Position numbers and translations under genes: made by a program. From the NCBI GenBank assembly GCA_963643505.1, contig CAVIKF010000008.1, forward strand, positions 2,363 through 66,362: a stretch of DNA of 64,000 nucleotides. The letters are read 5' to 3'. A model generated the notes under the pieces. That model was not told where the DNA came from and ran no database searches. It saw nothing but the letters and a program-made list of their open reading frames with translations. Shown piece after piece: positions 11,401-18,100 of the stretch. Position 1 is the stretch's first letter. Every line of letters starts with the position of its first letter. The DNA comes from Eggerthellaceae bacterium (lineage in GTDB: Bacteria > Actinomycetota > Coriobacteriia > Coriobacteriales > Eggerthellaceae).

Positions 11401-14400
11401 TCCCATCAGCACCGAGACGACTGCGATCGCGGAGTACCGTTGCGTGGTCACCAACACGTTGGACGGCGCCACGGGCTTGGCCACATGTGAAAACACGACC
11501 TCCGCGCTGACCATCGAGATCCGCGAAAACATCGGGACCTTTGCCCTGGCCGACCCCTCCCAGGAAAACAGCGCGAGCAACCCTTGGGTTATCAAAACCC
11601 CTGAGCAATTGCACTTCCTCGCTCTGCTCGTGAACGGCGAAACGAAGATGGTGGGAGTCGACGACAGCTCGTTCTATCAACAATACCTCGTCATCGACGC
11701 CGATCTCGACCTGTCCGGGTATGAACGTTGGGAGCCTATTGGAACAGGCGATTCCAACAACGGTTCTCCTTTTATGGGAATCTTGGACGGACGCGGCCAT
11801 GCCATCACGGGTCTTCAGATCGGGACGCAAAGCGTGCCCGCCGCGGCATCCGATTACCAAGGTCTGTTCGGCAGCGTCTGTTATGGCGCCTTGCGCAACC
11901 TTTGCGTGAGCGGCACCGTCAACATCGCTTCCGGCGGATGGATGACCGGTGGTGTCACCGCCTATGCCTATGGCGCGGCCTTTGAGAACGTCGCCAACCA
12001 TGTAAACGTTACCGGGTCGGTGCGCGTTGGCGGCATCGCCGGCACGATCGGCACGTGTCAATTGAAGGATTGCTTCAACGACGGCACCATAACTGTCGCG
12101 GAGAGCTCAAGCACCTCCCAATACGCGGTCGGCGGCATCGCCGGTTATACGTTCTACGCGCGTGAGGGCGTCGAGGATGCAGGCTTGTTCAATTGCTTCA
12201 ACGCGGGCGACGTCAGCTGCACGCTTGCCTATGGCACCGATCCCCGTTTCGGCGCGCTGATCGGTGATGACAGCACCGACTCGACACCGCTTAGCCATTG
12301 CTACTATGTCTTGGGCACAGCCACCTGCTTAAACGACGGCTCCGCCGGTACGGGCATAGGGAATGCCGATGGGTGTCTTGAGGATGTCGAGGGCTCCTTC
12401 GAGGCGGTTGAGGGCTCGAGTGACCCGCAGGTCGCGTGGATGCTCAACACCGGCAACGGAGAAGCGAAAAACTCCGGACGTTGGGGCGTAATCGCGCAAG
12501 ACGGCACCGGGGAGGGCGGCGCCGGGGATAATGCCGCTGTGCAAGGCGGCACCGGGGAGGAAGACACCACACAAGGCGGCACCGGGGAGGAAGGCACCGC
12601 AGCGCAAGACGGCGCCGTCGCTCTCGCGATTTGCGGGGCTGACCCGGTGTATCGCGTCAACACCGACGCCGATGCCGCCCAAATCACCGTGTCCGCTGCG
12701 TATGTCACGGCGGGTACGGGGGTAACCGTTACCTGGCGGGAGAAGCCGGGATTTTTGGTCAACGATGTCGCTTACGGTTTGGAAGACGCCGACCCGACGA
12801 CCTATACGTCCGTGAAAACGGGCGAAACCTTTACCATGCCGGCGGGGGATGTCGCCTTTGCCATCACCTCCGAGCAGGACAAGAGTTACCGTTACGACCT
12901 GTATGGCCTCGTTGTCGATGAGCAAGGCGTTGCGAGCACTAATGCCACGGTTGCCTTTGACGACCTCGACAATCCGCCCACGGCTCGTGAGGGGGATGCT
13001 GTCAACGTGACGTTGACGGTTGCGCAGGGCTACCAAATCAAGACGGTGAGCGCCGAGGGAGTCTTTGGCGCGAAGGTCTCCGTTGAGTGCGTAGACGGTC
13101 TGCACTACCGTTTCACGATGCCGGCAGACCTCGTGAACTTTACGGTCGTGGTTGAGGCGGAGGGTTCTGCCGCCGCCAAACAGGTGCCCTCTTTGGGCAT
13201 CACCGCCGACAACGTCCATATCTACAACGCCAACGACACATACCATACTGGCAACCTGGTATACGACACGCTCACGCTCTCCGGTACCTCCATGGGAAGC
13301 GACCGAACCCTTACCAGCTACAACTTGGAGACGGCAAGCTCCACCCCGGCGTTGTATGAGCAAACCTATTCCTTTGCCGATGGCGCTTCCCACCGTGTGA
13401 CGGGCGTGAGTATCGTCGCGCTTATCAAGCAATTTGTGGACGACCCGACGACGCTGATCGTGACGACGCCGGTGTTGTTCGAGGCGGGCGACGGTTCGTC
13501 TTACTCTTGCACGTGGGGAGAGCTCACCTCTTTGAGCTACAACGCCTATACCGATACCACCGGGCAACCGACGGTTCGCGCCCTTCCGGCTTTGTTGGCC
13601 TTCGGCCAGGATGGTAAGCCCTATGAGGACAACGCGCTCCACCTCGTCTTTGGTGCCACGAGTGCTACAGACGACAACACGGCTCGTTGTTTGTCGGGGG
13701 TGACCCGCATCGCGATCGGCGAGGACCTCAACTATTCCCAGCATTGCTACAGCACGTATGCAGACCTTTCCAGCGTCGGCGGATCTGACGTGACCGTGAA
13801 CATCTATGAGGGCACGACCCTTGCGGGCACGAAGACCTATTCCGTCAAGGACATCGAGGCGCTTGCCAATGCTGATCGCGGCGGCATCTATCGCGGCCTG
13901 TACTCCACGTTGGTTTATGAGGACAACGAGGAGAGCTATTCGGGTCCCTATTCGGACTATTACGAGGGTTATAGCCTCTACGACGTGTTGCTTGACGCCG
14001 GCTTGCCTGAAAACGCCGCCGCTTCCTCTCCCGAGGCCAAGGTCCAGTTCTACCAACTCGGCGAGTGGACTGAGGCATGGAAGACTGTCAACGTCAGCCT
14101 TGGCTACCTCGCAGGTAACGGTGCGAAGGGCGTTGGGGACTACAGCGGCAACTTCACCATGTATGGCAGGGAGGACGGCTCCGACACCGACGGCATCGCC
14201 ATCCGAGGCATGGCTCCGACCCTCGCGTACGGCAAAAACGATCTGCCGCTTGTCTATGCGAGTGGCTCTACCGGGGTGAGCTCGACGGCGTACAACTACC
14301 GTGGACCCCTGATTGCCATGTTGCCGCAAAATGAGGTTGAGGGCGGATATGTCGCCGACCAGACGGTCTCCGCGTGCTATCTTGGCCAAATCGATGTGTA

Positions 14401-14839
14401 CCTTCCCGCTCCCGAGGAGCCTCTCTTCTCCGTCGCAACATCTGACATAACTGAAGTGAGCGGGTTGCGAATTGTCACCTACACCGGGGACGTCCCTGAA
14501 GGAAGCGTCGTCTCTGTCGCAGGTAAGACCATGCTTGCGCGAGACGGTAACTATGTCTGTTTGCTTCCGAGAGAGCAGGCGGCCTCGCTCACGAATGGCT
14601 CCTTCTCCACGGTTGAGGGGAAAACCACCGTGGTTACGCGAGGAGATGTCAATGAGAGCACGACCATAGACATCATCGATGCCCAGATTGCCTACGATAT
14701 TGCGTGCGGTAAGTACCGTGACCTGTCGGTGATAGGTGAACCAGGTTGGCTTGCCGCGGACTTCAACCTCAACGGCGAGATTGATGCGAGTGACGCGCTC
14801 GCGATCATGCACCAGGTCCACGCGTTGTACAGGTCTTGA
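5498..14839 (+). CDS. Giant (3113 aa) secreted subtilisin-family (S8) protease fused to beta-sandwich repeats, three GLUG-like beta-helix blocks, Ig-like repeats and a C-terminal dockerin-like module
   Basis: This is a single 9342-nt ORF with GAGAAGGGA 5 nt before ATG 5498. The N-terminal hydrophobic signal or anchor is AAALCAAVLCIGVGLGVASI. An I9-like propeptide is present (...SADQLEYVEPDTRVYL), followed by the S8 motifs listed in the next feature. Entry modules are DDPYLIATEDQLRYLANQ, YTISSYEELMSFRTAVDSG and NPWVIKTPEQLHFLALLVNG, each with WxPIG...F.G.F.G.GH.I.G. Repeated motifs of the YQWY, SWQWF and YEWQ type are present. Confidence 0.9.
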   Translation: MRKITHPKGVAAALCAAVLCIGVGLGVASIQGVPVGNGSDDLLVKKDTSAATYPLAENYAPESEAKFAQVMHIDNGSGEVLTLADLPSGSYSGFLFSLADTAQGAGEVASVAEEAAKEGLITQVHGSLYEVTSLDTLAGLFSADQLEYVEPDTRVYLVGDIDDDARATEALTTRGGTSNNPAPAYPPSDPYYLSGNLWNLDMLNVEGAWAQGLDGDPYVHNNTPVRDTKVRVAVIDTGLYGTGTSENKHEDIDYTHVVDGKNFVTSDEGEPDVKGHGTFVSGLIAAKVNNSVGVAGLMPGVDIVPCKVFDSTTASTSDVVDAIYYAVDDAHVDVINMSLGGEYNETSLQRACDYAVEQGVLVVASAGNDGVSTPNYPAAYDSVVGVASVDSSQERSTWSQYGKSVFVTGPGEKVTSTYNESETSYKTASGTSFSSPEVAALAAMCRSVYPDMSQDVFKEFLIETSTDLGTKGFDDYYGYGLVNFEAMAQAVLASQTLPWYSLSFNVTDTAGTSIQGATVVLKAAEDITWADDPDEGIEEGSLAIGDVVEAQQDGTFKVHRGVYSYEVSANGYYLGTGTLKTYSAEQTVDVSLEEAYEVVMNVKNSAGDYLSGIHLAVSSSTGRMETPKTNGDGSFVYNLMSGVYSFEASAPVTYEKVSGQFTVQRENKQLTITLNTAAELATVSLSAHDAEEETTLTQVSTALYDAQGMLVSAREDGTYRLARGKEYKAILTRLGYEDAISTFTVEDAETMLLDVAMTAAECSISFRPVTEDSVAVNDATIVVRDASGKVKSPSATDPLRYNLKAGTYSYTLSAPGYEDVVANFSVSIESRTLTVVMSGIPQTVSFSITDAKTGQALEGASVKVMSATNDGAIRANSDGTYSLAPGEYRYGAYCLNYQSKRGSFIVHGDTLSIDISLDPYSGSTEGFAGGSGTVDDPYLIATEDQLRYLANQTDIVRAGRTDADTNQKRSVEGYYQLVADIVLTDAWLPIGNYENSNNYVAFSGTFDGAGHTISGLSTIESDYDAQGLFGVVQNATITNLTVEGNVTGDSYVGGIVGYVRFLYDSEGSDWNTGATRISNCCNRASVTGRYAVGGIAGSTSGSTSSNEDYGTLVSQCCNYGVIHAQRNGDFDRHSSAAGGVVGSAGNCKVEYSYNRATVEAGYVAGGVVGQSLGLAAVYNCYNTGYVYDHVTAAGYEGNSGSIAGRLVKSALSDCYGLIPADENAIYAPIGATDTSTTVANYKMLDRASMWRSDDFVAMLNLDAVTDTMTTSFVAGGSYPLLKWEVSPDAILAEDPYITQDPISPATSYKQDAEAAELTADVDPVADGGVLSWQWFESDGESGSECVPIAEAAGTGTHATYTPSTATAGTRHYFVVFKNTRTADDGRAGSATAKTASATVIVRSVIDAQEPKVTAYNPSAAQQFNTALSTKITTDLMLSVEASTGDGGTLSYQWYKGSSMVGSGTPIEGATDATYYPDTSALGTLYYFVEVTNTYEPGNVASVKTDWASVTITEYTISSYEELMSFRTAVDSGVTFEGLVVTLTCDLDVSRADWEPIGSVEHPFKGTFMGGVGYSGSTEITTHTISGIHIDGAAIGAARGSEVEGADSLGFFGVTEAATICDLVVEGSITGKANRYAGLIVGYALANGSSATVLENCATQASSSVEGKYCIGGLVGYGCVSIKDSANHGSVTAWGFVPTKADNSLDTYSYTTKAVGGVVGYAAAGSVRGCYNTGDVTAKSIDTTAGEKSVYYVGGVVGYGSTTASVLSCFDTGKVTVGTWATRSITFKPAGVCYAGAVVGYQAYDYLYNIHYLDGAAGEGGVGTNSSAGYDYAENHTLAFMKTAYFLGQMQDGYGYGAAFRQSTNGTPHLVWETDKTTGSNLADAAEPYLYDVTIDGVDDITSTWSTYFYQGENAPDVVVWADQVQPEGGHLTYEWQSRPVGGTDDDWTVVEGASGACAATGDHYTASLPISTETTAIAEYRCVVTNTLDGATGLATCENTTSALTIEIRENIGTFALADPSQENSASNPWVIKTPEQLHFLALLVNGETKMVGVDDSSFYQQYLVIDADLDLSGYERWEPIGTGDSNNGSPFMGILDGRGHAITGLQIGTQSVPAAASDYQGLFGSVCYGALRNLCVSGTVNIASGGWMTGGVTAYAYGAAFENVANHVNVTGSVRVGGIAGTIGTCQLKDCFNDGTITVAESSSTSQYAVGGIAGYTFYAREGVEDAGLFNCFNAGDVSCTLAYGTDPRFGALIGDDSTDSTPLSHCYYVLGTATCLNDGSAGTGIGNADGCLEDVEGSFEAVEGSSDPQVAWMLNTGNGEAKNSGRWGVIAQDGTGEGGAGDNAAVQGGTGEEDTTQGGTGEEGTAAQDGAVALAICGADPVYRVNTDADAAQITVSAAYVTAGTGVTVTWREKPGFLVNDVAYGLEDADPTTYTSVKTGETFTMPAGDVAFAITSEQDKSYRYDLYGLVVDEQGVASTNATVAFDDLDNPPTAREGDAVNVTLTVAQGYQIKTVSAEGVFGAKVSVECVDGLHYRFTMPADLVNFTVVVEAEGSAAAKQVPSLGITADNVHIYNANDTYHTGNLVYDTLTLSGTSMGSDRTLTSYNLETASSTPALYEQTYSFADGASHRVTGVSIVALIKQFVDDPTTLIVTTPVLFEAGDGSSYSCTWGELTSLSYNAYTDTTGQPTVRALPALLAFGQDGKPYEDNALHLVFGATSATDDNTARCLSGVTRIAIGEDLNYSQHCYSTYADLSSVGGSDVTVNIYEGTTLAGTKTYSVKDIEALANADRGGIYRGLYSTLVYEDNEESYSGPYSDYYEGYSLYDVLLDAGLPENAAASSPEAKVQFYQLGEWTEAWKTVNVSLGYLAGNGAKGVGDYSGNFTMYGREDGSDTDGIAIRGMAPTLAYGKNDLPLVYASGSTGVSSTAYNYRGPLIAMLPQNEVEGGYVADQTVSACYLGQIDVYLPAPEEPLFSVATSDITEVSGLRIVTYTGDVPEGSVVSVAGKTMLARDGNYVCLLPREQAASLTNGSFSTVEGKTTVVTRGDVNESTTIDIIDAQIAYDIACGKYRDLSVIGEPGWLAADFNLNGEIDASDALAIMHQVHALYRS
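6100..6970 (+). other. Peptidase S8 catalytic domain of the 3113-aa protein
   Basis: Catalytic residues read directly: D236 in RVAVIDTGL (gac 6203-6205), H276 in VKGHGTFVSG (cat 6323-6325), oxyanion N368 in ASAGNDG (aac 6599-6601) and S432 in ASGTSFSSPEVAALAA (tcg 6791-6793). Confidence 0.9.
7010..8140 (+). other. Five tandem ~75-85 aa beta-sandwich repeats (CarboxypepD_reg/PEGA-like) after the protease domain
   Basis: The units start YSLSFNVTDTAGTSIQGATVVLK, YEVVMNVKNSAGDYLSGIHLAV, ATVSLSAHDAEEE, CSISFRPVTEDSVAVNDATIVVRD and QTVSFSITDAKTGQALEGASVKVM. Each contains a DGT(F/Y)...G.Y.Y...A.GY core. Confidence 0.6.
12497..12601 (+). repeat. Intragenic ~30-nt tandem repeat encoding a QGGTGEE(D/G)T linker
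   Basis: CAAGGCGGCACCGGGGAGGAAGACACCACA (12542-12571) is followed by CAAGGCGGCACCGGGGAGGAAGGCACCGCA (12572-12601). A degenerate copy lies upstream (12497-12541). Confidence 0.85.
14645..14836 (+). other. Dockerin-like C-terminal module (first loop degenerate)
   Basis: Segments are DVNESTTIDIIDAQIAYDIACG and DFNLNGEIDASDALAIMHQVHAL. The spacing and helix pattern match the modules at 5079-5270 and 18524-18754. The preceding VTYTGDVPEG segment is shared with the 953-aa protein (VTYTGDVAEG). Confidence 0.55.
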
Positions 14840-14862
14840 TGCCTGCCGCATTTGGCTTCGGT

Positions 14863-14901
14863 GGCACGCTCGCAATCATGCACCAGATCCACGTGGATTA
14901 G
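14863..14901 (+). pseudogene. Orphan remnant of a dockerin-module 3' end with its own stop codon
   Basis: CGCTCGCAATCATGCACCAGATCCACG (14867-14893) matches CGCTCGCGATCATGCACCAGGTCCACG (14795-14821) at 25 of 27 positions. In frame it reads GTLAIMHQIHVD-stop, against DALAIMHQVHALYRS-stop for the intact gene. Confidence 0.7.
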
Positions 14902-14904
14902 CGC

Positions 14905-14953
14905 GGGGAGGAGGCCGATCTCAAATCCTTGGGGTCAGCCTCCTCCTTTTTTG
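14905..14953 (+). terminator. Rho-independent terminator of the 3113-aa gene
   Basis: GGAGGAGGC (14907-14915) pairs with GCCTCCTCC (14938-14946), followed by TTTTTT (14947-14952). Confidence 0.8.
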
Positions 14954-15086
14954 TCTCGTTTTGCTCTCGTTTCGCTGCGTTAGGTTTTGCAACCTACCTC
15001 GCTGCATTTTGATGCAACCTGACGGGTGTACGCGGGCGTGTGAGTGTTATACTAAAATGGCTATTATTCGAATAGTGGAATAAATA

Positions 15087-15106
15087 GGAAAGGAAAGGAA
15101 AGGAAA
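15087..15106 (+). repeat. (GGAAA)4 pentanucleotide repeat forming the Shine-Dalgarno region of the 1215-aa gene
   Basis: ataGGAAAGGAAAGGAAAGGAAAccaATG: four perfect units ending 3 nt before ATG 15110. Confidence 0.9.
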
Positions 15107-15109
15107 CCA

Positions 15110-18100
15110 ATGCGAAAGTTAGTGAAAGAGCGCTCATTTCGCAAGGCGACAAGCATCGCGTGCTCTTTGACGCTCGTTGCGTCGATGTGCCCCGCTGCAG
15201 GTCTTGCGTGGGCGACTGACGGGGGGTTCTCCTCTGACGACTCTGTGACAATCGGACAAACCGAGGGCGACCTTGACGTCAACGTCCTTGCAACCGACGC
15301 CAATCTTAGCGATTCGACCGGGCTCAAGGAAAACGCCGCCACAGACCAAGGCGCGCTTGGTACCCTCGCATCTGACAGCTGGTACTCGCCGGATGCCAAG
15401 GAGATGACCATCACATCCTATGACGAGATGGTCGAGTTTGCCCAGATCGTCAATGGAACCCATGAGAGCTTTGCCCAGGATTCCTTCCGCGGCAAGACCG
15501 TCACCTTGGCCAACGACATCGACATGGGCGGTGTCCAAGGCGTAGACGGTACATGGACTGGCACCAGTTGGGTCCCCGTCGGAAACGCTACCTATACTTA
15601 TAGCTCGACCGCCACGGATTCCAACTACACCATCACCTCCGGCTATGCTTTCGAGGGAACGTTTGACGGCGCCGGCCACTCCTTCTCCAATCTCTATATC
15701 AGCTCTGACAAGGGCTACCTCGGCATCTTCGGTGCCGTGGGTGGTACCGATACGGTAGGCGCCGCAGGATATGGAACCGTCAAGAACTTCGTAATCGCTT
15801 CCGGTTCGGTCACCTGCACCAACACGACCGCCCAAGCCACCGACTTCGTCGGCGCTGCGGTTGGCAAGCTCAACGCGGGCGGCACCATCGAGGGCATCAC
15901 CAACTATGTCGAGGTGTATGCGCCCTATACCATGTGTGTTGGTGGTATCGTCGGATTCGCGGGCACCTCCGTCCAGTGGGGCTCCAACATGTCCTCCAAC
16001 AACCGCAATATCTATCTGGGCAACCCCTCTGGCGACAACACCTATGTCTTGCGCTGTGCCAACAACGGCGACATCATCGGCTATTACAAAGACGGTGGCA
16101 TCGTCGGAGAGAACGCCGCCAAGGTCCTCTATTGCTACAACACCGCAACCATCGAGCAGGGTATGAGCGGCTCCGGCGGCGGCATCGGAGGCATTGCTGG
16201 CCGTAACGGCGACCGCAATATGAACTACTCCGAAGTTGGCACCATCATGTACTGCTACAACACCGGTACCATCAAGGGCACCAGCCCCATCACCAAGGCT
16301 ACCATTCGAGGCTACGGTGGAATCACGGGATGGTCGAGTCTTAACTGCCTCGTCGCGAACAACTATTCCGCGGGCGTAGTGGAGACAGGCTACTCTGACT
16401 ACCAGGCAATCTGCGGTCGTGGGGACTCTCCCTACACGGGTCTTGAGAACAACTATGCCCTAAACACCTTAAACGACAGATACACTTCCGCCTCTGACGC
16501 TCCCAAGATGGGCATCAAAAAGACCAGTGATGAGTTGAAGACGTGTGCCAACCTGATGAATGTCGGTGCCCGCGCCTTTGTCGCTGACTCTGCAACCGAG
16601 CCCATCAACGATGGTTATCCGATCCTTTATTGGCAATCTTCGACCTACGATCCCAACGCCACCATCACGAACACGGCATGGAGCGGTGAGGACACGGTCA
16701 AGACCAGCTACTCTGCAGGCCAATCCTTCGATACGGCCAGCTTGAGCTTTGTGGCTACCTTCAGCGACGGTACCCAGCAAACAGTCACCGATTTTGACCT
16801 CACGATCGATGGCCAGCCTATCAACGACCCCCTGACCAAGAGCGATAACGACAAGACTGTCGTTGCAAGCACCGTTTTTAACGGCGTGACCTACTCCAAG
16901 GAGTTCAAAATCACGGTCGTTCCCACGACGGTGACGGAAATCGCCGCGAGCTCGAACTCCTATGCATCGCCGTATCGCCTTATCTATAGCGCCGGCGACA
17001 CGTTCAATCCGTACGGTTTGACACTCAAGGTCACTTACTCCAACGGCAAGTATGAGAGGTTCGACTTGAGCACATCTTCTACTTGTGCCACGAAATGGTC
17101 GGAAATGGAGGCAAATGGATGGTCTTGCAACCTCGCCACCATCACTTCTGACGACAACGGCAAGAAGCCGGTCCTTACCTATACTTACGACGACATCGCC
17201 TACACCTACGAGGCGCCGGCGACCATCTCCGTCGTCGCCAAACCCAGCCAAGACGAGCAGGGCAACTATCTCATCACCAACGTTGACGATATGAAATGGG
17301 TTGCAAACGAGGTCGAATTCGGTACCTCCACCTCCATTGGCAACAACTACTACGATTCCAACGTTTCCGCGAAGCTCATGGCTGACATCGATTTGTCCGG
17401 TGTCGAGTACATGCCCATCGGCGGCAAGGTCGGCTACTACACGTATTGCTTCAGCGGTACCTTTGATGGCAACAACCACAAGATCACCTATTCTGACACG
17501 ACCACGTTTACCAGCACCAGCAACTCGTACGCGGGCATCATCGGCTACCTTGGCACTTCCGGTGTCGTCAAGGATCTGACCGTTGAGGGCTCGGTTGCTC
17601 CTACCGTGAACTTTGGCGGAGTCGTATACCAGGTGTATGGCACTAACGCCAAGGTTGAGAACTGCACGAACAACGCCACTATCAACGCGACGTCGAGCGT
17701 TGGTGGCATCACGTACAATGTGGCCGCAAAAGCCACGGGCGCAACCATCACCAATTGCACCAACAACGGCAACATCACCAGCTCCGGCTCCAGCGTCGGC
17801 GGCATCATGGGTGTTGCCAGCCTTAAAGACTACTCGATCACCGATTGCACGAACAACGCTACCGTCAAAGCTGGGTCCAACGCTGCCGGCATCCTCGGTA
17901 ACGGCACGGGCACCATCAAGAGGTGCCTCAACGCCGGCCCCATCATCGCAACGGGCGGCAAAGCAGGTGGCATCATGGGCAATTGCTCAAACACCTCGAC
18001 GACCTACGGCATCTTCGATTGTGCCAACACGGGTGATGTTACCGCGACGGATGCAGCCGGTGGATTGGTTGGTGCAACCTATATGTCCGGATATGCCAAC

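Noticed and set aside
12329-14875. 848-aa ORF on the minus strand, with many other 100-300-aa antisense or off-frame ORFs across 500-15000 (for example 8144-9064, 10481-11386, 7325-8023).
   Set aside because: It lies entirely inside the 3113-aa gene, whose protease and repeat motifs are unambiguous. The translations are Arg/Gly/Ala/Val-rich with no recognisable motifs. Such shadow ORFs are expected in high-GC DNA, where stop codons are rare in non-coding frames.
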